Source: Candidatus Doudnabacteria bacterium (GTDB lineage: Bacteria; Patescibacteriota; Doudnabacteria; UBA920; O2-02-FULL-48-8). From it: DNA of 64,000 nucleotides. The stretch is from the NCBI GenBank assembly GCA_039931165.1, contig JBDTSL010000002.1, positions 7,134-71,133 of the forward strand, read 5' to 3'. The notes under the pieces are model-generated. The model had not been told where the DNA came from. It saw only the letters and a list, made by a program, of their open reading frames with translations, and searched no databases. Below are positions 27,472 to 37,520 of this stretch, piece after piece (the first letter of the stretch is position 1; the number at the start of each line of letters is the position of its first letter). The position numbers and the translations under genes are program-made.

Positions 27472-27837
27472 AGAAATTATCCCTCCTTTTCCTCCAAACC
27501 TGGTTAGGATATAACCACGAATATCACGCCTCCTTCCCTAAAACTTTTCCTCCTGAAAATGAAAAAAACCCGCGCTGATCCTGACCGATCAAATTTTTGA
27601 CCAACCAAAACCAGCGCGAATTTTTAATATACTTAACCCTACCCACGAGCGCAGGACATATACGGAAAACCGCACCTGCCCTGACTTGTGGTTACTCGCA
27701 AACAATAGGAGGGATGCTGCCTGCTTTCGCCGCTCGCAAGGTAGGATGAAAAATACAAAATTCGTCTAGGAATCAAAACCGGGATATGATATTGTTAAAC
27801 AACACCCGACCACATAGCTTAACAGAAAATCCGCCTT

Positions 27838-28941
27838 ATGTCAACCCCTGCTAATGTGCTTGAAGCCAAAATTTACGCCAATGCCTTTAACCTGATCCCT
27901 GAGATCGGTCCGGTCACTTTGCAAAAAATATATAATCATTTCGGCGATTGGCACCGGGCCTGGATCGGCAGCCCGACAGACTACATCGACGCCGGTCTGT
28001 CTGCCAAAACTATCAGTCAAATTATAGCAAAAAAACCTAAAATCAAGCCAGAGCAGTCATTTGCCGAACTGACCCGCAAGCAGATCGAAGTTGTGCTGAT
28101 ATCAGAAGCCGAATATCCCAAACTGTTGAAAGAGATCCATGCCGCGCCCCCGATCATTTACGTCCGCGGCGAAAAACAAGCCTTAAATAAACTCTCCCTG
28201 GCTGTGGTGGGCACTCGCAAAATGTCCAATTATGGCGCCCTGGCTGCGGAGGAAATTGTCCTGGGACTGGTGAACAATGGAGTAACCATCGTTTCAGGGC
28301 TGGCGTTCGGCATAGACGCGCAGGCTCTAACTACTGCTGTTGCCAACCATGGCAGCACCGTAGCTGTATTGGCATCGGACCTGAACGATACCAGCATTTC
28401 TCCCCGCTCAAACTTTAATTTATCTCAAAAAATAATAGAATCAGGCGCGCTGGTTTCCGAATACCCCCTGGGCATGGCGGTGCAAAAACAAAATTTCCCT
28501 ATCCGCAACCGGATCATTTCGGGCATGAGCTTGGGAATTTTGGTGGTTGAGGCAGATGATAAGTCCGGCGCTTTGATCACGGCCAACTTTGCTCTGGAGC
28601 AAAACAGGGAAGTGTTTGCTGTGCCGGGGTCGATCTTCTCCCCTACCAGCCGCGGCACCAATCAACTGATCAAAAAAGGGGCCAAGCTCGTGAACACGGC
28701 ATTCGACATTCTGGAGGAACTGAACCTGGACGCAAGCACCTTAAGCCAACCGGTGCTGATGGAAGTAAACCTGTCCGAAGAATTAATTTTAAAACACCTC
28801 AGCCGCGAAGGCTTGCATATCAATGAGCTTATCAAAGCCGTGAAGCTTACAGCAAGCTTGGTTGCTTCCAATCTGACTCTGCTGGAGATGAAAGGCCGGA
28901 TAAAAAATCTGGGAGCGGGAATATATGCCAAAATCAGATAA
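27838..28941 (+). CDS. dprA: DNA processing protein DprA (Smf)
   Basis: Rossmann-like DprA core (GLAFGIDAQA...GALITA) plus a C-terminal winged-helix-like region. Confidence 0.85.
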   Translation: MSTPANVLEAKIYANAFNLIPEIGPVTLQKIYNHFGDWHRAWIGSPTDYIDAGLSAKTISQIIAKKPKIKPEQSFAELTRKQIEVVLISEAEYPKLLKEIHAAPPIIYVRGEKQALNKLSLAVVGTRKMSNYGALAAEEIVLGLVNNGVTIVSGLAFGIDAQALTTAVANHGSTVAVLASDLNDTSISPRSNFNLSQKIIESGALVSEYPLGMAVQKQNFPIRNRIISGMSLGILVVEADDKSGALITANFALEQNREVFAVPGSIFSPTSRGTNQLIKKGAKLVNTAFDILEELNLDASTLSQPVLMEVNLSEELILKHLSREGLHINELIKAVKLTASLVASNLTLLEMKGRIKNLGAGIYAKIR

Positions 28942-30100
28942 ACCCCCTCAACAAACGAAGTTCTGGTGTGGGGGTAAATATATAATAAATATTTGGATCG
29001 GGCTCGTGGTCTTCGTCCTCATCTTGAGCTTGGGGCTAATTTTAATGACGAAAAAATCATCAACAGAGCCAATCCGCCTGCCTTCACAAACGCAAACGAA
29101 TGGGAAGGCAAAAGGGCTGACTATTCCTCCAAGCTCTAACCTCAAACCTACCACCTTGTTCTTGGCCGGCGACATAATGCTTTCAAGAAATGTTGGCAAA
29201 AAAATGTCGGAAGCCAAAGATTTTAGCCTGCCTTTTAAAAATGTCGCCGATGCAATAAAAAACGCGGACATCGCTTTTGCAAATCTCGAGTCGCCTTTCA
29301 ATGATTCAGGCGCCCATTTTATCGATCGCAGTTTGGTCTTTAATGCTGACCCTCAAACTGTCGCGGGTCTGACAGACGCCGGATTTGACGTTCTGTCCAC
29401 GGCCAACAATCATACTTTGGATCAGGGCACAAAAGGATTGCAATATACTTATAATTTTTTAAAGCAAAATTACATTGAGCCCATCGGCACTACTGCCAGC
29501 TGCCATGACGGTGTGATTATCACAAAAAATGATACTAAATTCGGTTTTCTCGCCTACTCCTACGCCGCCCACAATGACGGCGGTAAAAAACCGGAACCCC
29601 AGGTCTGTGACGCCAATAATTCCGCGCGGGTGGCCGAAGACGCAGAGCAACTGCGGCCGAATGTTGATTTTCTGATCGTCTCCATGCACATGGGTATTGA
29701 GTACACGCGCAAACCGACCTTAGCACAAACCAATTTTGCCCACACCGCGATTGATTCAGGGGCTGATTTCGTGGTTGGCGCGCATCCGCATTGGGTCCAA
29801 ACTCCGGAGCAATACAAAGGAAAATGGATATTCTATTCTCTCGGAAATTTTGTATTCGACCAGATGTGGAGCCAGGAGACCAGAGAGGGCCTGACACTAA
29901 AATTATCCGTGGAAGATAAAAAATTAACAAAAATTGAACTTCGGCCCGTGATTATTGACGATTTCTGCTGTGTCCGATCCGCAAATCCGGATGAAGCCTC
30001 GGCTATTTTAACCAAAGTACACCCCCACACCAATACAAACGTTATTTTTGATAATGACAATATTTCAGACGATTGGAAAGATGTGATTTATCCCAAATAA
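28925..30100 (+). CDS. capA: CapA-family (PGA_cap) metallophosphatase-like membrane-anchored protein
   Basis: N-terminal TM; CapA motifs (FLAGDIML, SMHMGIEY, AHPHW). Confidence 0.8.
   Translation: MPKSDKPPQQTKFWCGGKYIINIWIGLVVFVLILSLGLILMTKKSSTEPIRLPSQTQTNGKAKGLTIPPSSNLKPTTLFLAGDIMLSRNVGKKMSEAKDFSLPFKNVADAIKNADIAFANLESPFNDSGAHFIDRSLVFNADPQTVAGLTDAGFDVLSTANNHTLDQGTKGLQYTYNFLKQNYIEPIGTTASCHDGVIITKNDTKFGFLAYSYAAHNDGGKKPEPQVCDANNSARVAEDAEQLRPNVDFLIVSMHMGIEYTRKPTLAQTNFAHTAIDSGADFVVGAHPHWVQTPEQYKGKWIFYSLGNFVFDQMWSQETREGLTLKLSVEDKKLTKIELRPVIIDDFCCVRSANPDEASAILTKVHPHTNTNVIFDNDNISDDWKDVIYPK
28963..28978. repeat. 14-mer GGTG(T/C)GGGGGTAAA motif copy 1 (inside the capA 5' end)
   Basis: ctggtgtgggggtaaa; other copies at 30108 and 52157. 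Confidence 0.6.
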
Positions 30101-30107
30101 TCTATAT

Positions 30108-30123
30108 TTGGTGTGGGGGTAAA
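30108..30123. repeat. 14-mer motif copy 2 (just after the capA stop)
   Basis: ttggtgtgggggtaaa. Confidence 0.6.
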
Positions 30124-30161
30124 CTTGACAAGTCCAATCTTTATGAATAACAATTAAAAAG

Positions 30162-30293
30162 TTCTCGTCTTCGCGAGCGACTGCTTTACTCAGAAGAATT
30201 AGTTTTGGCAGTCGCGTGGAGATCTCTTTATTAAGAGATTGCTTCGTCGCCCCATCAAGTCGGAGCTCCTCGCAAAGACGATATATTTTTATA
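30162..30293. repeat. MITE-like element, family B copy 1 (about 135 bp; terminal inverted repeats cgtcttcgcgag / ctcgcaaagacg) forming the 5' leader of topA
   Basis: Aligns along its length with 44441-44590 (gtcttYgcgagcgactgc, ttttggcag, agagattgcttcgtcg, tcctcgcaaagacg, tatatttttataa). Confidence 0.6.
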
Positions 30294-30301
30294 AACAGAT
30301 T

Positions 30302-32548
30302 ATGTCTAAATCCCTAGTAATAGTTGAGTCGCCAACCAAAGCCAAAACGATCAGCCGATTCCTCAAAGGCGAATACAAAGTGGAGGCTTCTTTTGGCCAT
30401 GTCCGCGATCTGCCTTCCAGCAAAATGGGAATTGATATTGAACATGATTTTGAGCCAACTTATGTAATTCCGCCGAAATCAAAAAAGCGCGTGGCTGATC
30501 TGAAAAAACTGGCCAAAGACGCTGCCGAAGTCATCCTGGCCACTGACGAGGACCGCGAAGGCGAGGCAATTGCCTGGCACTTGATCTCCGCTTTGGACCT
30601 GAAGAAAAATATCAAACGCATCGCCTTCCATGAGATCACCAAAACCGCGATTGATGAAGCGCTCTTAAATCCTCGTCAGCTCGATTTGCATCTGGTGGAT
30701 GCCCAGCAGGCCCGCCGCGTGCTCGACCGGCTGGTCGGCTATGAACTGTCCCCTTTCCTGTGGAAAAAAGTCAGGCGCGGCCTCTCCGCCGGCCGCGTGC
30801 AGTCGGTAGCGCTGCGCCTGATAGTTGAGCGTGAGCGGGAGGTCCAAAAATTCAAGCCTCAAGAATACTGGAGCATTGAGACCACTTTCAATAAGGATGG
30901 CCAATTTATTGGCAGGCTCGCCAAAATTGACGGCAAAACCCTGGACAAGCTGGGCATAAAAAATGAAGCTGCGGCGCATAAGATCGTGGCGGACCTGGCT
31001 AACCGAACGGCGGTTGTTTCCGAGGTTACAAAAAAGGAAGTCCGCAGAAACCCGGCTGCTCCTTTCACCACCTCCACACTCCAGCAGGAAGCCGCGCGAA
31101 AACTGGGATTTTCCGCCAAGCAAACAATGATGTACGCCCAACAGTTGTATGAAGGCGTGGAACTCGGCGAAGATAATGCCACCGGTTTGATCACCTACAT
31201 GCGTACGGATTCGGTCAACCTCGCGGACCAGGCGCTGCAATCCGCTCACGACGCCATTTTGGCAAAATACGGCAAGAATTACCTTTTGGACCAGCCTCGC
31301 AAATACGCTTCCAAGCAAAAAAACGCGCAGGAAGCCCACGAAGCCGTGCGCCCGACCGAGCTGACCCGCGATCCGGACAGCGTCAAGGATTTCTTGGATA
31401 AAAACCAGCTTCGCCTATATGATCTGATCTGGAAGCGCACGATCGCCACCCAAATGCCCGAAGCCGTGTTCGACGCCACCAGCGTAGATATCGATATGGC
31501 CGGCCAGACAAAGAAGTATATTTTCCGCGCCACGGGCCAGGTCATCAAATTCGACGGCTTCATGAAGGTCTATTTGGAAGGCACTGATGATGAGGAAGCG
31601 GAAGAAGAAGGGTTGCTGCCAGATCTGGCCAAAGGCGATCAGCCGAAAGTGCTGAAAACCATTCCCAAACAGCACTTTACCCAGCCGCCGCCCCGTTTTA
31701 CCGACGCTTCGTTGATCAAGGCCTTGGAAGAATTTGGCATCGGGCGCCCGTCAACTTACGCTCCGACCATTTCGACCATTCAGGAACGCGGTTATGTCAA
31801 CAAGATCGACAAAAAATTCCACCCTACCGATATCGGATTCGTCGTCAACGATATTTTGGTTGAACATTTCCCCGCGGTCGTAGACCTGCAATTCACGGCA
31901 AAAATGGAAGAAGAACTGGATGAGATCGCCGAAGGGACCAAGCAATGGGTGCCGGTCATCCGGGAATTCTATGAGCCCTTCCACAAAAATTTGAAGCTCA
32001 AAGAAACGGAAGTTGAAAAGCATGTGGAAATGCTGGAGGAAAAATGCCCTTTATCCGGCCATCCCCTACAGATCAAATTCGGCCGGTTCGGAAAATTCAT
32101 AGCCTGCTCCAATTATCCGGAATGCAAATACACCCGGCCTATGCCCGAGGAGCAAAAGATCATTGATGAAAATTCCGGCGTGATCTGCGACGTCTGCGGC
32201 CGGCCGATGGTGGTCAAATTTGGCAGATTTGGATCCTTCCTCGGCTGCTCCGGCTATCCTGAATGCAAGAACATAAAAAAAATCGAGAAAAGCACGGGCG
32301 TGGTCTGTCCGCTGTGCGGCGAAGGAGAATTGGTCGAGCGCCGGAGCAAACGCGGAATTTTTTATTCCTGCTCCAAATACCCTCAATGTAAATTCCTCCT
32401 CAACGGCAAACCTACGGGCGAAAAATGTCCGAAATCCGGAGATTTATTGATGGAAACGAAAGACGGCGGCCTGAAGTGTTCGAACAAAGAATGTGATTAT
32501 GCGCGGGAGCCGGTCATAGAGCCGGAAAAAAAAGAAGCCAAAATTTAA
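30302..32548 (+). CDS. topA: DNA topoisomerase I with C-terminal zinc ribbons
   Basis: TOPRIM N-terminus MSKSLVIVESPTKAKTISRFL; several C4 zinc ribbons at the C-terminus. The ORF-track start at 30239 runs through the repeat; the ATG at 30302 is preferred. Confidence 0.9.
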   Translation: MSKSLVIVESPTKAKTISRFLKGEYKVEASFGHVRDLPSSKMGIDIEHDFEPTYVIPPKSKKRVADLKKLAKDAAEVILATDEDREGEAIAWHLISALDLKKNIKRIAFHEITKTAIDEALLNPRQLDLHLVDAQQARRVLDRLVGYELSPFLWKKVRRGLSAGRVQSVALRLIVEREREVQKFKPQEYWSIETTFNKDGQFIGRLAKIDGKTLDKLGIKNEAAAHKIVADLANRTAVVSEVTKKEVRRNPAAPFTTSTLQQEAARKLGFSAKQTMMYAQQLYEGVELGEDNATGLITYMRTDSVNLADQALQSAHDAILAKYGKNYLLDQPRKYASKQKNAQEAHEAVRPTELTRDPDSVKDFLDKNQLRLYDLIWKRTIATQMPEAVFDATSVDIDMAGQTKKYIFRATGQVIKFDGFMKVYLEGTDDEEAEEEGLLPDLAKGDQPKVLKTIPKQHFTQPPPRFTDASLIKALEEFGIGRPSTYAPTISTIQERGYVNKIDKKFHPTDIGFVVNDILVEHFPAVVDLQFTAKMEEELDEIAEGTKQWVPVIREFYEPFHKNLKLKETEVEKHVEMLEEKCPLSGHPLQIKFGRFGKFIACSNYPECKYTRPMPEEQKIIDENSGVICDVCGRPMVVKFGRFGSFLGCSGYPECKNIKKIEKSTGVVCPLCGEGELVERRSKRGIFYSCSKYPQCKFLLNGKPTGEKCPKSGDLLMETKDGGLKCSNKECDYAREPVIEPEKKEAKI

Positions 32549-32552
32549 TATA

Positions 32553-32571
32553 TAATTAATTACGTAATTAA
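32553..32571. repeat. Palindrome taattaattacgtaattaa immediately after the topA stop
   Basis: Same 17-mer as at 11504-11520. Confidence 0.6.
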
Positions 32572-32577
32572 AAACAT

Positions 32578-32775
32578 ATGGAAACAACACAATCGGTTCC
32601 CAAAAGTCTGGAAGAGCTGAAAAAAGAACAAAGCGAGGTCGCCAGTCAGATCATGGGCCTGGATGCCAAAGGCGATAAGGGAGAAGCTTGGCAGAAGCTT
32701 AAAGCCCACCACGAAGAACTCACTGCCATGATCGAAGATATGCCGAACGAAGATGAGCTTCACAAAAAAACATAG
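32578..32775 (+). CDS. Small coiled-coil acidic protein (65 aa)
   Basis: ORF followed by an intrinsic terminator. Confidence 0.4.
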   Translation: METTQSVPKSLEELKKEQSEVASQIMGLDAKGDKGEAWQKLKAHHEELTAMIEDMPNEDELHKKT

Positions 32776-32787
32776 TTTTGCCAATAA

Positions 32788-32816
32788 AGCCGGGAGTGAT
32801 TCCCGGCTTTATGTTT
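32788..32816 (+). terminator. Intrinsic terminator
   Basis: agccggga-gtga-tcccggctt followed by tatgttt. Confidence 0.6.
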
Positions 32817-32881
32817 ACCAAAGAATCTTGGATCCCGGCTTTTCAAAAACGTTTTGAAAGTGTAAACTATAAATTATATAT

Positions 32882-33877
32882 ATGAAAATCTCATTTTTCG
32901 AAACCAAAGAAGAATATCAAAAAGTTCTGCAACCCTTGTTGCCGGATATGACCGTCGAATATTCAACAGAGCCTCTGTCACCGAAAAATGTCGCGAATTT
33001 TAAAGATAGCGAAGCCATAGCGATATTTGTGGGATCCAAAATCGACAAAAATATCATCGATTCCCTGCCGAAGCTGAAAGCCATTATGACCATGTCGACC
33101 GGTTATGACCATATCGATACCAAATATGCCAAACAAAAAGGGATCGCGGTATGCAATGTTGCCGGTTACGGCTCGGTCTGCGTGGCTGAATTTGCTTTTG
33201 GCCTGATTCTGTCCCTTTCGCGGAAGATCACCCAGGCCAACCGGCATCTGCGGGATACAAATGAATTCAGCTTTGAAAACCTGCAGGGATTCGATTTGAA
33301 CGGAAAAATTCTGGGCATTATCGGGACCGGCCGGATCGGCCAGCACGTCGCGCAAATCGCAAATGCGTTCGGGATGAAAATTTTGGGGTTTGACGCTAAG
33401 CCAAACCCGGCCTTGGCCGAAAAATTCCAATACGTCAGTCTGGATGAACTGTTAAAACAATCGGACGTCATCACCATTCACGTTCCCTATCTGCCCAGCA
33501 CTCATCACTTGATCAATAAAGACAACTTGCGGTTTGTCAAAAAAGGAGCGATATTGGTCAACACCGCGCGCGGGGAGATCATAGAAACGGAAGCATTAGT
33601 AGCGGTACTCACCGAAGGCCGGCTGGCGGGCGCGGGCTTGGATGTGCTGGAAGGCGAACACGAAATGAAAGACGAACTCCATATTTTAGCCAACCCTGCT
33701 TCCACCGTGGCGGATTTCAGAAAACTCTACGTCAATCACATGCTGATAGATTTCCCCCAGGTCATCGTGACTCCGCATATGGCTTTTTATTCCCGTGAAG
33801 CGCTGAATGAGATTATGGTCACGACCGCGGAGAACATAAAAAGTTTTCTGCAAGGAACGCCCAAAAATCTGGTTTAA
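32882..33877 (+). CDS. D-isomer-specific 2-hydroxyacid dehydrogenase (D-lactate/glycerate dehydrogenase-like)
   Basis: NAD-binding GIIGTGRIGQHVA and catalytic domain. Confidence 0.8.
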   Translation: MKISFFETKEEYQKVLQPLLPDMTVEYSTEPLSPKNVANFKDSEAIAIFVGSKIDKNIIDSLPKLKAIMTMSTGYDHIDTKYAKQKGIAVCNVAGYGSVCVAEFAFGLILSLSRKITQANRHLRDTNEFSFENLQGFDLNGKILGIIGTGRIGQHVAQIANAFGMKILGFDAKPNPALAEKFQYVSLDELLKQSDVITIHVPYLPSTHHLINKDNLRFVKKGAILVNTARGEIIETEALVAVLTEGRLAGAGLDVLEGEHEMKDELHILANPASTVADFRKLYVNHMLIDFPQVIVTPHMAFYSREALNEIMVTTAENIKSFLQGTPKNLV

Positions 33878-33879
33878 TC

Positions 33880-35148
33880 ATGGAATCACATACGATAAAA
33901 AATTACGACAAACTGGCCACAAGCAAACTCCGCCAAGATATTTTGGCCATGGGCGAGGCCGGTTTGACCGCCATCGATACGGCCAAGGTCATCGAAGCCC
34001 AAATTCAGCTCAAAGGCCGGACCCTGACCATAAGAAACAAGAGTTTCGACCTGGATAAATTCAAAAACATAAAAGTCATCGGATTCGGCAAGGCCTCCTG
34101 CAAAGCCGCCGAGGCATTAGAAAAAAAATTGGGCAAATTAATTGAGTCCGGAGTGGCCATTGGCCTGACTGCCACCGCATGCGAGATCATCAAAACTTAT
34201 GGAGGCACTCATCCCGAGCCTTCGTACCACAATGTTGATATCTCCCGGCAAATTTTTGAAATTGGCAAGACCGCTACAGCCGATGATCTGGTCATCGTCA
34301 TAGTGTCCGGAGGCGGGTCGTCTCTGCTCTGCTGGCCGAAAACAGAATGCGATCAGGGGCAGATCTTGTATCATCAGTTCCTGAAGACCGGCGGCACCAT
34401 AAAAGAGCTGAATACGGTGCGCAAGCACATTTCACTGCTGAAAGGCGGAGGTCTGGCAAAAATCCTTTACCCGGCAACCGTGATCGGCCTGATCTTTTCC
34501 GACATTCCGGGTGATCATTTCGACATGGTCGCTTCGGGGCCGACTTACAAAGACAGCAGCACCGTCAAAGACGCGGAGGCGATCATAGATAAATATAATC
34601 TGACGAAATTCGATCTGGTCGAAACCCCGAAGGACGACAAATATTTCGCCAATGTCTCCAATATCCACCTGGTGGACAATATTCAGGCTCTTGAAGGCAT
34701 AAAAAAATGCGCGCAAGATCTGGGTTACAATCCCGTAGTACTTTCAAACGAAGTCTACGAACAAGCTCCTGTGGTTGTCAAAAAAATGCGTGACCTGCTG
34801 GATAATTACGATCTGATCTTGGCCGGCGGGGAACCGGCGATGAAGGTCGCAGAAGGAGGAAATGGCGGCCGCAATCTTTATGTCGCCATGATCGCTCTGG
34901 ATTTGATCGGGCCGGACGAATGTTTTTTGGCTCTGGCTTCCGACGGCATGGATAATTCGGACGCGGCCGGAGCAGTGGTAGATGCTAAAACCAAAAAAAC
35001 TCTGAATGATCTGAAAATCAACCTGGCTGATTCCATCGCCAAATTCAACGGATATAAATTATTCGAACAATTGGGCGAACTGGTTTTCACCGGGCCGACC
35101 GAGGCCAACGTTTCGGACTTATTCATTTTGGTAAAAAATAAGCTCTAA
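33880..35148 (+). CDS. Glycerate kinase (MOFRL / DUF4147 family)
   Basis: DUF4147 N-domain plus MOFRL C-domain similarity; adjacent to the 2-hydroxyacid dehydrogenase. Confidence 0.65.
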   Translation: MESHTIKNYDKLATSKLRQDILAMGEAGLTAIDTAKVIEAQIQLKGRTLTIRNKSFDLDKFKNIKVIGFGKASCKAAEALEKKLGKLIESGVAIGLTATACEIIKTYGGTHPEPSYHNVDISRQIFEIGKTATADDLVIVIVSGGGSSLLCWPKTECDQGQILYHQFLKTGGTIKELNTVRKHISLLKGGGLAKILYPATVIGLIFSDIPGDHFDMVASGPTYKDSSTVKDAEAIIDKYNLTKFDLVETPKDDKYFANVSNIHLVDNIQALEGIKKCAQDLGYNPVVLSNEVYEQAPVVVKKMRDLLDNYDLILAGGEPAMKVAEGGNGGRNLYVAMIALDLIGPDECFLALASDGMDNSDAAGAVVDAKTKKTLNDLKINLADSIAKFNGYKLFEQLGELVFTGPTEANVSDLFILVKNKL

Positions 35149-35150
35149 AA

Positions 35151-35178
35151 TTTAGTCATGAGCATGCTCATGACTAAA
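35151..35178. terminator. Bidirectional terminator; perfect 28-bp palindrome
   Basis: tttagtcatgagcatgctcatgactaaa between the convergent glycerate kinase and dus genes. Confidence 0.6.
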
Positions 35179-36157
35179 CAAAGATTTTTTGCGCGATCAG
35201 GAACTTCTCGACCAGCTCTTCAGCTTCTTGGGAAGTCTCGGCTTCCATCAGATTCATCCGCAGTTCTTTAGCGCCGTCGAACCCATTGACGTAGGCTTTA
35301 TAATGTTTTTTCATGACGGCAAAATCTTTTATTCCGGCAAATTTCCGTTCAAATAGTTTTGTGTGTTCTATCATGGCTAGCATGCGCTTGTGGACCGGAA
35401 CTTTTTCTATCGAGGTTTCGCGGTTAAACAGCCACGGGTTGCCGAAAATCCCCCGGCCGATCATGACGCCATCGGCGCCGGTTTCCAGCACTTTCTGTTC
35501 CGCGTCGGCAAGACTTAAAACATCACCGTTTCCGAGGATCAATGGTCTGGTTTCTTGATTTCCTGATCTCAAAATTTCTACAATCTTTGAAATCAACTCC
35601 CAATGCGCCGGCACTAAAGATAATTCTTTCACAGTCCGCAAATGGGCCGTTATCGCGGCCAACTCCTGTGCGGCCAGAAAACCAAACCATTCCTCAAGCA
35701 TGGGCTTGCTAACCCCAATTCTGGTCTTCACCGAAACAGGCAATTCAGGGGCGCCTTCTTTGGTCGCCAAGATAATTTCCCGGGCCAGTTCAGGATTTTT
35801 GATCAAAGCTCCGCCTGCTCCCTGTTTCAGAACCGCCCTGTCCGGACAGCCCATATTGATATCTATGCCGTCAAAGCCCAACTGCTTTATCATTTGTGCG
35901 ACTTTATAAAAATTCTCGGGCTTAGCGCCAAAAATCTGCGCCACGATCGGATGCTCATTTTCTGAATGCCAAAAATCAACCAACAATTTTTCTTTTCCGG
36001 CCGAGCAAAGTCCATCCACTGAGACAAATTCCGTCCATGTCACGTCCGGCTTGCCGTAATTACTGATCAAAAATCGAAAAGCGGCATCCGTGACATTGGC
36101 CATAGGCGCCAAAACAAAAATCGGTTTTTTAAGTTTGCTCCAGAAGCCTTTAATCAT
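35174..36157 (-). CDS. dus: tRNA-dihydrouridine synthase
   Basis: Dus-family TIM barrel (FVLAPMANVTD...DINMGCP). Confidence 0.85.
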   Translation of the reverse strand: MIKGFWSKLKKPIFVLAPMANVTDAAFRFLISNYGKPDVTWTEFVSVDGLCSAGKEKLLVDFWHSENEHPIVAQIFGAKPENFYKVAQMIKQLGFDGIDINMGCPDRAVLKQGAGGALIKNPELAREIILATKEGAPELPVSVKTRIGVSKPMLEEWFGFLAAQELAAITAHLRTVKELSLVPAHWELISKIVEILRSGNQETRPLILGNGDVLSLADAEQKVLETGADGVMIGRGIFGNPWLFNRETSIEKVPVHKRMLAMIEHTKLFERKFAGIKDFAVMKKHYKAYVNGFDGAKELRMNLMEAETSQEAEELVEKFLIAQKIFV

Positions 36158-37388
36158 TTTTCATGAAGATTTTATTTTCAAACAGCCAATAAGCCAAAGC
36201 CTTATACAGCGGCAATACCGAAAAAAAGTACTGCAAATCAGCAAACTTTCTGATCACCCATCCCCAAAATCCGGCAACAATCAAATTCGGGCTGTACAAT
36301 ACCGCGAACTTCCCACTGGCGGGAATTATATATCTGATCGGTCCAGGAATATAGCTTGCCGCGGGCTTGCCTCTGATCTGGCGGTAAATATTTCTGGCCA
36401 CCGTTTTCGCCTGATTTATCGCCTCTTGCGCAGTTTGGGGAACTGATTTTTTCGTTTTCGGATCAATGAAGCCCAAATTATCACCCGCTATAAATATGCG
36501 CGGATAATTTTCAAGATTCAAGACGGAACGGGTGAGCGTGCGATCTTTACTATCCTGGACGAGCTCGCAATCAAGAGGCAGCCGGACCGACCTGACCCCG
36601 CCGGTCCAGATCAATAAATCGCAATCAAGCTTTTCTTTCATATTCAACACTACATGATCACCGGCGGCCTCCGTGATCCGGGTCGCAAACTTCGATTCAA
36701 CTCCCATTTGGATCATACGGTTGCCGACTATTGCCGAAACCTTCTCGGAAAGCCCGGGCAAAAACCCGGTGGCTGCTTCCACCAGAGTGATTTTGAAATT
36801 GTCAGGATTTTTTTCGTGTTGCCGGCATTCTTGCTTCAATAGATTATGCAATTCTCCGGCAAACTCCGTACCCGCAAAACCCGCGCCCCCGACCACGATC
36901 CGGGCTTCGTCTTTTTTTGTCACGATTTCCTCGATCCGGTTTCTGATCATCATTGCATCCTCCAAAGTTTTGAGAGTGAATCCGAATTTATCCAGATTCT
37001 TGATATCATAAAAATCGGCAACGCTACCCATCGCGATCACCAGATATTCAAAAGGGACAATTCTCGCGTCAGTGATAACCCTGCCGGATTTGGTATCAAT
37101 TCTGTCGATATAGGCTTCCAGTACTTTAACCCTGGTTTTACCGAAAATGTCTGAAAAAGGAATAGCCACGGTCCGTTTTACTTTTTTTGCACCCACAAAT
37201 GCGTGTTCAGTGGTGGCGGCTTCATATAACCCGGACTGATAAGTCTGGTAATTCTTGCGGTCAATCAAAATAATCTCGTAATCCCGGTTATCATGCAGAT
37301 AGTTGTCCAGATCAAGAGCCGCCCGCACCCCGGCAAACCCGCCGCCTGCGATGACAATATTCTTTTTTTCTTGGTTGGTGGATTTCAT
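36150..37388 (-). CDS. ndh: Type II NADH dehydrogenase / FAD-dependent pyridine nucleotide-disulfide oxidoreductase
   Basis: Two Rossmann dinucleotide motifs (IVIAGGGFAG and IVVGGAGFAG). Confidence 0.75.
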   Translation of the reverse strand: MKSTNQEKKNIVIAGGGFAGVRAALDLDNYLHDNRDYEIILIDRKNYQTYQSGLYEAATTEHAFVGAKKVKRTVAIPFSDIFGKTRVKVLEAYIDRIDTKSGRVITDARIVPFEYLVIAMGSVADFYDIKNLDKFGFTLKTLEDAMMIRNRIEEIVTKKDEARIVVGGAGFAGTEFAGELHNLLKQECRQHEKNPDNFKITLVEAATGFLPGLSEKVSAIVGNRMIQMGVESKFATRITEAAGDHVVLNMKEKLDCDLLIWTGGVRSVRLPLDCELVQDSKDRTLTRSVLNLENYPRIFIAGDNLGFIDPKTKKSVPQTAQEAINQAKTVARNIYRQIRGKPAASYIPGPIRYIIPASGKFAVLYSPNLIVAGFWGWVIRKFADLQYFFSVLPLYKALAYWLFENKIFMKND

Positions 37389-37390
37389 AC

Positions 37391-37432
37391 AAAATCAAAA
37401 AACAGCATCTTAATTATACCATAGACGCTGTT
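37391..37432 (-). terminator. Intrinsic terminator of the rluB operon, with an extended -10 (TGgTATAAT) for ndh embedded in its loop
   Basis: Minus strand: aacagc-gtctatggtataattaagat-gctgtt followed by ttttgatttt. Confidence 0.55.
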
Positions 37433-37520
37433 TCTTCTTTTTAGGATCTTTGTTCTCGTTTTAGTCTGCAAGATTATGATGTATGGAATCTATCCTGTCA
37501 ACGTATCTCTAATCTGCGGA

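Noticed and set aside
27100-27837. Confident RNase P RNA or tmRNA call
   Set aside because: Only short P-region-like blocks (GGTAACGC, AAACCCG) matched. P4 pairing and tRNA-like ends could not be established by eye, so it is downgraded to a finding needing a covariance-model scan.
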